This document shows, in pieces, positions 13,090-26,872 of a stretch of 64,000 bases of DNA. Every line of letters starts with the position of its first letter. Position 1 is the stretch's first letter. Under the pieces are notes generated by a model. The model saw only the letters and a list, made by a program, of their open reading frames with translations. It made no database searches and was not told the origin of the DNA. A program made the position numbers and the translations under genes. This DNA is from Octopus vulgaris (taxonomy: Eukaryota), in the NCBI GenBank assembly GCA_951406725.2, contig OX597823.1, positions 36,952,001 through 37,016,000 of the forward strand, given 5' to 3'.

Positions 13090-13485
13090 TTTAGATCGTT
13101 TAACCATGTTCTCACCAGCGGTCTTTGTCCCCCATCATCGCTGTCATGTCCTGATGTCCTGTGTCTCCCAGATACAAGTATCTCTTCTTAGGGAATCAAC
13201 ATATGTCATCCTCGGTCTCTCTCTTCCATGTAAGGGCACCCGCAGGAACACTGAGTGCAGTATCAACTCTGAATGACGGTCAGCATGCCCAGTCTCCTCT
13301 GTGTTGTTTTCGAGCTAACTATTGAGAGGTTCTCGTACAGCTCTGGGTTCTTTACCCTCAGTGTATATTGATTAATGTTAAGAGCTATCCTCAGCTTTCT
13401 CGTGTAGCGCTCATCCACCATCTGAGTGATTTACTTGATGAGTGTCCAAGTCTCAGACCCGTACAGTAGCACAGACTCCACTGCA
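13090..13485 (-). mobile_element. RTE-type LINE 3' fragment
   Basis: Minus strand ESVLLYGSETWTLIK*...YTRKLRIALNI...GHADRH...GRERPRMTYVDSLRRD. Confidence 0.8.
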
Positions 13486-13849
13486 GCGACGGGTATGACA
13501 ATAAAATACTTCCAGTAACAAGACTCCAGTTCAGGAGCTGTGGGGAATGTGGAGTTACCCCTTTGTTCTCATCATGCCCAGGTCTGCTCTGGCCCGGAGT
13601 AGGAATTACCATACGCGAGTAGCGCCGGCAGGGTATTATCAGCAATTGAAAAGAACCATGAAGAGTGTACTTAACAGCATGAGGATTAGAGCCTCTAACT
13701 AAACTGTCAAGGAACAGCCTGGTCGTTACAACTCTGCTGGTTTAGAGCCACAGGGAAGGCCAGCAAGAATCCGGGGAAAATGTGGGCCTGCATTTCTGAT
13801 ACGCACTTGTCGAAGTCCCATTTTAATTTCATTCTAGTGATAATAGGGA

Positions 13850-14408
13850 TAACATTTCACAGTGAAAAGCAACTTCACATGTACTTCGGAGAACCTGCTC
13901 TGGGTGTCAAGAGCAATTCACAGGCCAAACAAAAAACAGTTTACGTCAAAGGATAGTTCTGCACACATCCCAGATCAAAATTCTGAGAAACAGAAAAATA
14001 GCATTGAGCCAACACATCGATATTTGCGCCAATAACAAAAACCCCAGCTTCAGAATTTTTCCCCTCTACCAATTCAGGGGCGATACAACCTGTAGCCAAC
14101 GAATTAGTAAAGAGTCGTTCTTTATCACAAAATACAGACCCCTTTTGAATGCATCTACAACAAATGACATATCCAGCACGACCTTAAAATAACACACATA
14201 CGAATATTAAAAACGATACATTCAGAAGACATACCTCAAGAAATCATTAAAAACAGTCCCAATGACTACTACCATCCACAAAGAGTCACTTTCATGGCAC
14301 TTGACCATTTAACATCCTACTACTATCATACCACTCCTGCATTTATTCTTTCTCTCCTCCTCCTCCTCCTCCTCCTCCTTCTTCTTCTTCTCTGTCACCC
14401 CCTTCTTT

Positions 14409-14481
<73 letters not shown>

Positions 14482-14770
14482 TAAACAATCAAAGACAAGA
14501 ATTCATAACTACCTCGAGCCTTCAAGAGTAAAAAATAAAAGAGACAGAGACAGGCAGAAACAAGGAAAATGCCCCTTGTATTTGAATACTATGGAAATAT
14601 TTTTTTTAAAAACTTTCCATTTAATTTTTCCACAATTTAATTTTTTTTCCATACTCAGAGTTGAAAAATACTCAATGACTGAAACCGGTACTAAAATGTT
14701 TTTCATGATAAAATTACTTTAGCATTTTCTACCTTAACTATTTTCCTCATACATATCAACTCGCGTGTTC
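13850..14770 (+). mobile_element. PLE GIY-YIG fragment plus 3' region (same family as 289-1340)
   Basis: FTVKSNFTCTSENLL...GQTKNSLRQR...SQHIDICA...FRIFPLYQ...KESFFITKYRPLLN; tail has the remnant gaaaccggta at about 14680. Confidence 0.8.
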
Positions 14771-14783
14771 CTTTTCAACCTTC

Positions 14784-14819
<36 letters not shown>

Positions 14820-14825
<6 letters not shown>

Positions 14826-14983
14826 ACGGTTTTTTTTTAGTTTCTGTCCACTAAATCCTCTCACAAGTCCTTGGTCGGCTCGAGGCAATAGTAGAAGACA
14901 CTTGCAGAAGGTGTCACGCAGTGGAACTAAAACCAGAGCCATGAGGTTGGGAAGCAAGCTTCTTACCACACAGCAACTCTTGC

Positions 14984-14988
<5 letters not shown>
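14820..14988 (-). mobile_element. SINE family B head (CORE-like)
   Basis: Reverse complement of ...tgtgtggtaagaagcttgcttcccaacc...gtgtcttctact. Confidence 0.8.
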
Positions 14989-15045
<57 letters not shown>

Positions 15046-15637
15046 TCATACGTGAATGCAGATAATCCTGAAGCTAAGCTATTTCCTGCATGTCGGCCTG
15101 TGTCTGATCAATGTAATTTGGTGCCATGAATTAATCTTTTACCATGGTGATATGTAATAACTGGAGAACGATTATGAATAGAAACTTCTGCAGGCGTCGA
15201 CACCACATCCGTACACTCTCTCTTTGTTTCTCTTTATCTCTCTTTTTCTCTCTCGGTCGCTTATTTGGTCTCTCTCTTCCTCCCCATTCTTCCGTTTACT
15301 TCGTCCTATCTTTCTTATGATACGTAGAAATCAAGAATTAATTGCATGTCTACATTTGAATGAGAGGAGCGAGTTGGGGTGACCGATGACGCTATGTACT
15401 TAGCGTCTCGGAGCATTTTGTTTCATCTCGGTAGTTCCTGGTTGGAATCTCACCTGGATCAAATTTCTTATTCATCCTGTCGATCATTAATAAAACAGGA
15501 ACCAGATACACATCTCATTGCTTAATTCAATCAATGGAGAATTTGATAACGAAATCATCTGTCCATATTTCGAGTGATTTCGGTTAATGAAAGTTCATCT
15601 GCAAATGAACGGCAAAATACTCATCCCCTACACACAC

Positions 15638-15739
<102 letters not shown>

Positions 15740-15959
15740 GCGTGCATAGTCATAGAGATAAATGGATATCATCACTCCGATGACAGCTTAGGTATCCGAA
15801 TCTTCGAAGTCACTATCAATATTTTGTCAGCTATGAGGGACCCATCAATAAAGGAGGACATGGAATGATATGAAAAAATATGATCGTTAGAATTTCAACA
15901 CCTTTCTACTGCCTATACCCACGCCCATATTGGGCCATCTAAACCGGTCACTATAAGAA

Positions 15960-16065
15960 CTCAACTCGCAACCTGGAGATGCAGACAGGTTACACTTCCC
16001 ACGCGAGGATGGTGGCCGTGGTCTTAAATCTGTAATGATGTCATATGAATTACGTATTGTGACTT
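15960..16065 (+). mobile_element. R4/Dong-type LINE small fragment
   Basis: GDADRLHFPREDGGRGLKSV, homologous to DIERLYIQRIEGGRGL in the 39.5-kb copy. Confidence 0.65.
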
Positions 16066-16912
16066 TGAAACATCTTTAGATTTTCCCCAAGATCATACAC
16101 TACGATTTTAAAAGTGGAAGAATACATTAGATAATGGTGTCAGAAGTCCTTAAAATGGAGTGGTTACAACTGGAATATTTAATCGATTAGAATTGATACG
16201 CGTTGAATAGTAAACATCAACTGTATACAGACAGACAGGTACACACACACACACACACGTACTCACACACACATACACACAATCGCACGCATACACATTA
16301 TACATTGATACATAGTTGTTGTCATTGTTTCGATTGTTTTCCACCAAGTTAGATTTGAGAGATTTATGGTCAAAAATGTTCCATCCATGGCCATCTTATT
16401 TATGTTGAAAACATATAGAGACAAATTCCCAAAAGTCATCATTTTTCAGAGAGCTGGGTATGTTTTGAAGGAGATTTGGTCGCTATTTCTCTCAGGACTA
16501 GCGACGGTATAGCGGTCTTTCCCGTTCACTCAATGATTTACGCTTCTACCAGTTAGTCGTCAAGTTTCCCAGGAATTTACCAAACCTGTAATTACAATCA
16601 TATTCTAGGGTTTCTTTGCTCATCTTCGCCTATCTGCTAAAGACATAGTGTGCTATCTACTGAGAGTAGAAATATTACATTTCCATATTTTGGTCATTGA
16701 GTAAAGCTGGACGCTTTACATCAGATCAGAAACCATTCCAAACCTCAAAGGATTCAAGAAACGCTCATTAACAGATATCAAGATAATCAAATATTAATTA
16801 CATCAGACTTCACTATAGATAAGGATTTCATTCAACAGGAATACACACACACGCGCACACACATACACACTTATAAATACACACATACACATATATATAT
16901 ATACAACTACGC

Positions 16913-16951
<39 letters not shown>

Positions 16952-18257
16952 TTCGTACTTAAGTATGTGAATACGTGTAAGTATAGGCGCATATAATATA
17001 TAATTGAATACGCATGTAGTATGTATGTGCGCATTCGTATGTATGTGTATATGTGTACATGTGTACGACAGCACGAGTGCGTATATGGGAGTAGCTTTGA
17101 GATAATGCAGATATGTATTTACGTTTCAGCATTATACCAAGAAGTTTGTGAACATGCATGTGGTGTGAATGTGTGTAAGTGCGTGTGCGCGCGTAATATA
17201 TATATATATATACATACATATGTACATATATATATGTATACACCCACACACACATATATATATACATATATATACATATATGTATCCATATATATATATA
17301 CACACACGCACACACGCTGACACACACACACACATACATATACACATATATACATCCATATATATATACACACACACGTACACATATACGCACACACACA
17401 CGCACATACATATGCGTGTAGTTAAATCTATGTCCGGTCATAGAGTGACCAATGGTTTCGCATCCACAAAGGGCGTAACACCATGGAAGTCGCGTCAGAC
17501 TCTAAAGCCGAAGGCATGTAACTCTTCACCTCTGGGAGGCAGGGATTCGTTACGGTCAGTTGGTCAGTAAGTCACCAAAGAATAGATATTCCGAGGTCCT
17601 CTCCTTTAGACCAGTCCCTCTGGACCAAAAGGAGTGGGAACATACATACTAGTCCCACATTAACAATAGGCATGCAATCGTAGTAAACTGTTTAAAGATT
17701 TTTTGAAAACATTATCCACATGAATTATGCAAATCTAATTCAGCCTAAATCAGTAACAGTTTTGTTTATTTTATTTCCTGTTATAAATAAGAAGAAAATC
17801 TTTTCTTTGACATCTTAGTATTATACAAACGAGAAAAGAAAAAATACTTCATACATTGAGGGATTTTGTGTTTCTGATCACGGCTAATATAGAGAAGAAC
17901 AAGACCAGCGATACTTACCACAGTTGTAAGGCTTACTTAGTCTTTCTATTCAACTCAAGATCTATTACGGGTCTATCAAAAATTGCATAAAAATACTTCT
18001 ATCAAAAATGTAATTGGGTTAAGAATTTTAATAAAACTTAAACCACTTCACAACAGGCATCTTTCGTTGTCCAAGAATTACCTGTCGCAGACAGTATATG
18101 CTACTTTATCTCATGTGATGTTAATTGACCTTTCAAAACGACCCAAAAACTGACGTAAATGAGAAGAGAATGAGAAAAATGTAAATAAACCGCCGCCGCT
18201 ATCGCCGTTACTCAACTCTTATATATATCTCCGTATGAAACTGATCCGGCAGAAGCT

Positions 18258-18342
<85 letters not shown>

Positions 18343-18348
18343 GATCAG

Positions 18349-18400
<52 letters not shown>

Positions 18401-18449
18401 GTGTATATATATATATATACACAAATATAAAAAAAACACTGTTTGAAAA

Positions 18450-19160
18450 TAATTTTTTGAATTTCTATCAGCTGTCATTAAATACCAGACCATTTTTAAC
18501 GAGAGTTGAGGAAAAACAACTCTCGTGGAAAAAGTTATTGACGATATCGCTGGAGGCCATATGAAAATATGTGATAACACCTCTTAGACTATCAATAACT
18601 ACTTGAATACAGCTGCTATCACTCTGAAAGGAGGCACCTGCTGTGCACGTGGTAACAAAATAACTCAATATAGGGAGCCCATGCGAATAAGAAAACTTGG
18701 AAGAAAACATCAACAAACGTTGCAGAGTCGGACATTTAAATATCATTGCAAGGTTTAAAATTAGTCATAAGCTCTCATTTCACCAACTACATCGTATGAG
18801 AAAATTGATGACAAAATGAACAGAGAGTCAACATTCCAAATATATTAGTTTTAAACCCCCAACTGGAAACGTTGAGTGGAAAACTTTGTCAGAGCAAAAG
18901 TCAAACTGTTTAGTCGAGCCAGTTTGGATGCCTTGTATAATAGAGGAGGTAATACAGGAAGGTAAAGAGAAACAACAGTATCTTAGTGAATAGAGCTTGA
19001 AACATTTTGGTCTGGAATCAGGAATGAAAAAGGATTTCAATCAGAATGCCTCCTGGCTAGAGAGAGCGGAGAAAGAAGTTTGAAAGGCAAAAATCTTGCA
19101 CAATCAACTTTGAAAAGTCGCATAATACGAAGACGCTGGGAAAACTTAACAATTGGATTC
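18450..19160 (+). mobile_element. Highly decayed R4/Dong-type LINE, pre-RT region
   Basis: Frameshifted motifs approximating RKLEENINK..SDI and FWSGI..EK.FNQNASWLERAEKE...LGKLNNW. Confidence 0.5.
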
Positions 19161-19820
19161 TGATACAAAATGTAGACTTGTAAAAGCAACAAGACTTCGA
19201 TATCATTCAACTACCGTAGTAGTTGAATAATATTCTTAAGGCCGCAATTTATTCAGGTGAAGAATCTTTCAGAGCTTGTCACTAATTCAGTTCTTAACCA
19301 AATTGAAAACTGTTATAGGAGAGTAAGTAACGCCGCCAATCAAGTTTAGATCTAAATATATTTTTTTAATTTTAAACGCAAAATATATTTATCTTAGTTT
19401 CAATGATAGAACAAAGCATGAAGAATTTCATAGTTTTGGTCCCATGCAACAAAATTTTGTCTGAAAAATGTTTTAAAAATATAAGGCAGAAAATTGGATT
19501 TAAGTAAAATTAACTTTTTTTTTCCTAAAAACAAACTATATCTTAATTAAGTTTAAGTGATAGAGCTCAATTCGAGGAATTTCATGGTATCAACCACATG
19601 CAATGAACTTTTAAATGAAAAAAGTTATGAGTGTGTGTTTCTGAAATTTGAGGGTGATAATATAGTTCCATACTTTTTAATGAATATAGCTCTATAAGGG
19701 GACTTTTAATATATGTTACCGTAATCACTGAGGTAAGGAAAAATTTATCAACGATATCGCTACTTTACACATTTGACACATTATTAATTAGCATAATAGC
19801 ATAGCCTGGAAAAAACATGG

Positions 19821-20820
19821 ATTACATGGAAAAATTCAAGCAAGAGAAATAATATTCTTAAGATTATAAACCTGGAAAAGTTCAGGACAAATTATTACAC
19901 TTGGTAAAATTCAGGACAACTTATTACATCTGTTAAAGTACAGAGCAAGAAAATTTTTATTTAAGATATTGCAGCTAAGGATAAAATTTGAATATTAAAA
20001 AATATTTGATTTAAATTGAATACTTAAAAAATGAAAGCTAGAAGTACCAATATAACTAAAGTTTTATGCAAAGCAGAATAGTATATATATATGTATAGCA
20101 GGCAAATTCATTATGTAAAAAAATAGGCTTGTGAAGACTTGGCAATAACTTAGGCAATAGCTCAAGCAACTTTTACTGCGAATTTATTGTTATAGGTAGA
20201 TTTTACTGTAATATACAACTAATTTTTATATTATTCTGTTTATTGTACTAATTATGTACTACTATTATTTTTATAACCTATTTTCAAATTTCTAATTATT
20301 AATTCATAATTTTTTTTTAAAAAAGGAATTTTTTCAAGGTGCAAAATATATTTTGAGTTATTTTTTGAATTTTTGATAGAAGTAACAAGTAATAACAAAT
20401 AGGGGTACTAACTTGTAATAAAATTTTTAGTCTTAATAATAGCTAATATTTTCTAAATCTTGTTCTGTACTTTATCAGATGTAATAAGTTGTCCTGAACT
20501 TTTCCAAGTGTAATAACTTGTCCTGTAAAGCGGCGAGATGGCAGAAATGTTAGCACGCCGGGCGAAATGCTTAGCGTTATTTTGTCTGTCTTTACGTTCT
20601 GAGTTCAAATTCCGCCGAGGTCGACTTTGCTTTTCATCTTTTCGGGGTCGATAAATTAAGAACCAGTTGCGTACTGGAGTCCATCTAATCGACTGGCCCC
20701 TCCACCAAAATATCGGGCCTTGTGCCTAGAGTAGAAAAGAAAAGAATAACTTGTTCTGTAATTTTCCAGGTTTATAATCTTAAGAATATTATTTCTCTTG
20801 CTCTCATTTTCATATGTAAT
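19821..20820. mobile_element. Foldback/MITE-like element with ~130-bp modular TIRs, right arm interrupted by a SINE
   Basis: gcaagagaaataatattcttaagattataaacctggaaaa...caggacaacttattacatctg (19821-19950) is mirrored at 20458-20528 plus 20745-20820; ~30-bp subrepeats. Confidence 0.85.
20529..20744 (+). mobile_element. SINE family A, full length, with 17-bp TSD
   Basis: A box tggcagaaatg, B box gagttcaaatt, central tttcatctttcggggtcgataaattaag (Meta-domain-like); TSD aataacttgtYctgtaa at 20512-20528 and 20745-20761. Confidence 0.92.
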
Positions 20821-21538
20821 TATCAATCTTTAGCATTTCAAGGAGAGAGAATTTTTGTGTTTCTGTTTATTTTGACACTGCAGCCACTGATATTTCTTTT
20901 ACAAGAATGCAGTAGTTGTGTATTATTGTTTACAAACGCAAGAAATACTAATGAAACCCATAATTTCCTTGTACACGACTAAACAGATAGATTTAGCGAC
21001 AAATAGATCTGGTCATAAAATGTTCATAGTTGACAGCTGAGGCGCAAAAAGTTACTTCCCTAACCCAAACATTTACATCAATGGCGAATCTCTCTATAGT
21101 TGGTCCACACAACGAGTACTACAAATAACTAGGCATTGATGAAAAACATCATATAAAAGTACTGAGAACAAAGACGGAGTAACTGAGGATTATAAATCGA
21201 AACAAACATGGTAGTCTTATAACAAGACAACATCATACAATGCATTTGTAGCATATCATTACAGTTGGTAACATTTTTAAGAGAAATTCGTCTCATAGAT
21301 TTTAATACTCGAAAGAGCCTAAAATCAACAGGAAGCTTCCACAGAAAGGGTGATATTGACATTCTTCTCGGGGGAAAAGACAGAGAAGAGGCTTTAAATC
21401 AAGTCATGACGTTTTTCCACGCAACTGACAGAGCTGGGGAAAAAAGATTAAGTGGACATTGATGTTAACGGCAAAGAACACAAAAGAAAAATTTGAGGAC
21501 GACCAATGCGAAATTATTGCTGGTATTAGTCATATTCA

Positions 21539-21745
21539 ATGCGGCAAGCGAGCAGAATCGTTAGCACACCGGGCAAAATGTTTAGCGGCATTTCGTCTGC
21601 CCTTGCGTTCTGAGTTCAAATTCCGCCGAGGTTGACTTTGGCTTTCATTCTTTCAAGGATCGATAGAATAAGTACCAGTTGAGTACTGGGTCGATATAAT
21701 CGGCTAGCTCCGACTCGAACTTGCTAGTCTTGAGCCAAAATTTGA
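21539..21745 (+). mobile_element. SINE family A
   Basis: Homologous to 20529-20744. Confidence 0.85.
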
Positions 21746-22624
21746 AATCGAAATTAGTCATATAGTAATCTAGACGTTGATTGGTAAAAAGCTCAACAAG
21801 ATTTTCTAAGACTTTGACATATTGTTCTATTTTCTTGATCTAAACAATGCAGTAAACAAAAGTATCACTTTATACATTGATCCATGGCCTAAAAACATCA
21901 AAAAGTTTGTTTAGCTAAGCTGAAACAACGCATGAATCTATACTTTAAAATAAGTTTATTCAAATATATTATATAATTTACCCGAAACAAAAATATAAAA
22001 TCATTTCATTTATTTCATTGACTGTTTGAAGTTGAGGAAACTGTGAAACTAATAGACGCAATGTATGTCATTTCCGCTCAACGTAAAATGTATATTCTAC
22101 AGTCAGATATTGAGTTATTTAATTCATCTGGATTATTTATACTGTTGAGTATATCCATCCTATATTTATATAATATACATGCTTATTACACGCATATGTA
22201 AATATCTATGCGTGTCTGTGGGTGTGTGTATGGCTGGAGAGGATTATGTATGTGATTGTATGTAAATGTAAAAGCATAGATCTATTTCTATATAGGCCTT
22301 ACAAATTGGCAATCTTGTGGAACTTTTAGAATTACGAGATGACAGCTTTCCTTCATCATCTTTCCATTTTGATATGGCATATCATTTATGGTGACTCTGA
22401 TCTAGAAATACACTCCATATGGAGTATATTTCCTTTTTCCGCTCAATTCTAAATTATTCCTTCAAACACACATATACGCCAATACACAAACACACACACA
22501 TACACGCGCGCGCGTACATATGTATAAGCTCTTATATGCATTCATAGAGTAATTAACATTTATAGCCATTCACATTCTACACTGCTTTGTGTATTTGTTT
22601 AAAAAACCCACCCACACATACATT

Positions 22625-22677
<53 letters not shown>

Positions 22678-22903
22678 GCGCGTGAATGTACTGATTTAAG
22701 TATTCATATATTAATATACATTACATATATAAAATTAACGGCCTCAGCTTTTGCCCATGTGTGCGCACATATATAATATACACGTGTCTACGTATATATA
22801 GACATGTGTGTGTGTATGTATATACATATACATACGCTCATAAGCACATATATAATGTATATGCACAGATACACACTCACATATACATATACAGACACAT
22901 ACG

Positions 22904-22947
<44 letters not shown>

Positions 22948-22949
<2 letters not shown>

Positions 22950-24744
22950 GTGGTATTTGGGGATGGTCATGTTGCCAGTTTAGCCAATAAAAACATACGC
23001 CCTATATATTTGGTGTTCACTTGCTTATGCTTTATTTTAATATTAATTGTATTTCGGCCAGAGTTCTTTCGTCACACTTCTACGACCTCACCAGTGCTCC
23101 TTTGCTTCTTTCTTTCTTTTTGTGTGTCTCCTTACTAATGATCTATTTTGTATTCCTATTGTATGTGTCTTTAATTGCGCATGCGTATATCCCTGTGTGT
23201 ATCTATGTTTAGTAAGTGTGTGCGTGGGGAGGGGGAATGCGCCTGCATTATCACTATCCCCTGTTTATACACGTTCGTTTAATTTACTTTTATTCATTTT
23301 ATTCATTTGTTTATATCTACATACTTTTCTTCTTTCTTTCTTTGTATTTGATTTAATTTATTTTGTTAATGTATACAGTTATTTAATTCCATTTATTTAT
23401 CTGTGTATTGTATTATATTCATATTATTATCATTTTATGGGGATCCTATTCTGTCATAGGTTGTGGTGTGTTGGCGGGTGCTAGAGTTCCGTTCTAGTTT
23501 CCTATTCAGGCAAGGTTTATCTTCTATTATGTGTGTAGCTTCTGTAATTTGTCTAAGCGTTGCGTCTGTTCTATGTGTGGATAAGATTTTAACTTCTATG
23601 TTGTTGAACGAGACCTCGTGTTCCTGCTCGGCATGCTGCCACAGAACCGATGAGTTCTTCTCGTTAAGTTCCCTCTAGTGCTCATTTACCCTCTCTCCTA
23701 TGCTCTGTGCTGTTTCCCCTAGGTACGTCGTTGTCTTGTTACTGCACCGTCCCTCTGTGCATCTTATACTATAGACTACATTCCTGGTTTTACAGTTTGT
23801 TTGTGGGCTAAATCTACATACAGTTCAGTTCCTATCAGTACAGGGGGTTCTACTAAAAAGGTATGTTCTACCGATTAGGGATTTGATAGGGTTGCCTGGC
23901 CTTTCTACAACCTTAATTCTTAGTTTAAGTTTGTCTAGGGCCCTTCTAAAGCGGTACGCCAGTTCGCCTCTAGGGGTGGTATCGACGAACATTACACTCT
24001 GGTATTTGTGACTATCATACCATGAGTTGGCCTTCCCTATTTTCTTCTTAGTCCTTTCAATCGTGTTTCATGACTCGCTTCTATAAAGTGGGCAAATCCC
24101 ATTCCTATCGTTACGTATGGTAGTTTCAAATTTCCTCATGGCTCCTTTGTATACTCTGATCCTTTCTTTATGGATGTATCCTGAGAACTGCATGCGGTAA
24201 ACGAAGTGTTGTATGTGTCTCTTTAACTCTGTAGGGTTGCACATGCGGGACACATTTCTCATTACACTGAGGAAGTATGCCATAGATAAATGGAATTAAA
24301 TAACTGTATACATTAACAAAATATATTAAATTAAATTAAATACAAAAAAATAGAAAGAAAAGAAAAAGTAAGTAGATATAAACAAATGAATGAAATAAAT
24401 AATAGTTAAACGAACGTGTATAAACAGGGGATACTGATAATGCGGGCATATCCCCCCCCACACACACACACACTTGCTAAACATAGACACACACATTGAT
24501 ATACGCATGCGCAAATGAAGACACATACAATGAGAATACAAAATAGATCATTAGTAAGGAGAGACATACAAAAAAGAAGGAAGAAAGCAAAGGACCACTG
24601 ATGAGGTCACATAAGTGTGACGAAAGAACTCTGGCCGAAATACAATTAATATAAAATAAAGCATAAGCAAGTGAACACCAAATATATAGTGCGTGTATTT
24701 TTATTGGCTAAACTGGCAACTTGACCATCCCCAAATACAACAAT
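22948..24744 (-). mobile_element. PLE with inverted pLTRs (22948-23402 and 24284-24744) around a truncated ORF
   Basis: Minus strand MQFSGY...MFVDTTPRGELAYRFRRAL...KVVERPG...PCTDRN*TVC...NCKTRNVVYSIRC...YLGETAQSIGERVNEH...RQITEATHI...PCLN; ~450-bp inverted repeat flanks. Confidence 0.92.
24593..24636 (+). ncRNA. Type I hammerhead ribozyme motif with intact catalytic core
   Basis: gacca-CTGATGA-g-gtcaca-taag-tgtgac-GAAA-gaac-TC-tggcc; the mirror copy at 23056-23099 (-) has a mutated core (ctggtga). Confidence 0.8.
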
Positions 24745-24839
24745 ATCTGTTTCAACACACGAATTCACATCAAGAATTTTGCAAAGCGAATATATAAATG
24801 TATATATATATATAGAGAGAGAGATGATAGATAAATTAA

Positions 24840-26872
24840 GAAGTGGAGTCAAACGCAGGCGTTATTCAAATCTTTATACTTCCTACATATATTTCGAAGA
24901 AAACATTGATATTATTCCGGGTGGGGGTGGGGACAAAATTATGTAAAGCAATGCAATCATCTCGTCCGGGAAAAACAGAGAAACGAAACACATCAATAAG
25001 CCATTTTAACCGAATGTGATTACCGCGTATATAATGAAGGGGAATGCTGACAAGTTATTTTTTAAAAAAACCGTTAACAGATTTAACGTCAAAGGCAATT
25101 TAGAGAAAGCGAAGGAGGAGAAAGAAAGGAATTAGCAGAAAATTAATAGTGGAGAAATATAGTGTGATAGATGAATGGGGAAAAAGCTTGAAAGCATGGA
25201 AATAGATATATGTAGTGGAAATGAAATGTAAGAAGACATTTAAAGGTCGAATTTTATAGACTGGTAGAAATTACTTATAGGAAATAAAGGTATGTCTTTA
25301 GCAATGCTTGCAACGATAAACGCATTCTTTAAACGTGTTTACAAGATAATTCTCCGGGAACAGGATGAGGAATTGTTCTTCGTTACAGGGTGGACAAAAA
25401 GATTTACCTTTATCATATGGGAAAGATCTAGATAGAATATTCCATTCCAAATCAAATTGTTTATTATGTTCTTTTAGAGACCAAATTAATCGACTAAGCC
25501 CAATATTGTTGCGTTTATGGATGTGTCTAAATGTAGAGTAAAAGTTAGATATTCTATTCGACAACTGAAACGATGAACAATTTATGTAAAAAAGACATCA
25601 GAACCGGAAGTAATTTTACATTGATAAACAGAGTTTCTAATCTTAGAATTACTGCCAAGGAAACGAATGCGATTCGAATTTAAATCAGAAATATTAATAT
25701 TGTTGTTATTATTGTTCAAAGAATGATTAGCGTTAATAATATCAATGTTATTATTTTCATTAAGGGAATTTGTATTTGATAATTTATTGTTATGCGAAGA
25801 GATGATTTGTGAAAGGTTCTTGGTATTTGAAAACCCTATTCTAATTCGGTGTGAATTGTTAATGGAATGGTATCTTGAATTTTTTGAGAAATTCTTATCT
25901 ATAGTTTCACGAAACTGGTAAGAGAGGTTGGATTTGATCTGCTTACCATATGGAATTATCAACCAAACAGCTTTACTAGGACCCACCTTTTTATTAGGGC
26001 AATTATCTTTAAAAGTCCTAGACTTATTTTTATTACGTATAAAGGGACATAAAGAAAGGTTATCTCCCTTACGCTGCAAAATTACATTTTTTCGATTTAT
26101 TGTTGTTATTCGAACTAAAATTGATATTGTTATCAGCGTTATGACTTGATTTCATGTCCTGATTAATAGAGGTAAAATTAATGTCAATAGGGTTAATGCA
26201 GCTAATTTTTTTCTTTACAGCCTGCTTTGAGTAAGGCAGACTTATAAAATTCGGTTTTATCGTTGAAGGTATCAACATTAGCAGATAATCTAGCAAGTCT
26301 AAGTGAAATGTTTCTAAATTCCTTGTAATTACTTTTGAATGATTACTGACAGAGCTAATATATTTTTAATTAGTTGAGGATTTGTGGTATGGGAAATATG
26401 AATCGTTATATAAGTTATGGGTAATATCCAAAAAATTGACTTTAGCTATAAGATCCAAAAAAAACGTTTAAGCCCATGTTTCGGAAAAATTTAACCAACC
26501 TATTTTTAACCCTTTGTAACTTTTGGTTAGAAACATTTTGAAGCTAGAGCAGATAATCGTCACAATATAAACCTCCATTGATGTTTGGGAATTGGTCAGC
26601 CATATCATATATACTGATAAAAATCAGCCAGTTGTGCTAAATCAGAACTTCCCATCGTGACATCAAAACTGCCAGGCGTATCTCTACGGACTCACAGCTT
26701 GTTTTCAAATTTAATGATTGATTTCTGGTAGCTAACACCACATTAATTTCATCCCGGGTGAGACCTGCTTTGCTGTGTGCGAACCAGAGTGCTTTGTTGA
26801 GTACAATTGGGTTAATAAAGGAATAGTAACTAGAAATGTCGAACTGGATGAACTTAGTGCACTTCTTGTTTT
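24840..26872 (-). mobile_element. Naiad-like PLE (RT + GIY-YIG), decayed
   Basis: FIQFDISSYY...FDVTMGSSD...GGLYCDD...VNFLDIT...PYHK...SNH...NSVYQC...EWNIL...FCPPCNEE...CKH; pLTR with hammerhead remnant at 24880-24972. Confidence 0.88.

Noticed and set aside
14294-14722. Poly-Leu signal-peptide-like ORF (also 39196 and 41507)
   Set aside because: Derived from (CTA)n/(CTC)n/(TTA)n repeats.
21200-21530. Possible R4 LINE remnant (GSFHRKGDID)
   Set aside because: Only one short motif; not enough to delimit a feature.
26690-26695. In-frame TGA in the Naiad-like RT as selenocysteine
   Set aside because: Falls at a Trp-expected position (L*VRR) in a copy with many frameshifts.
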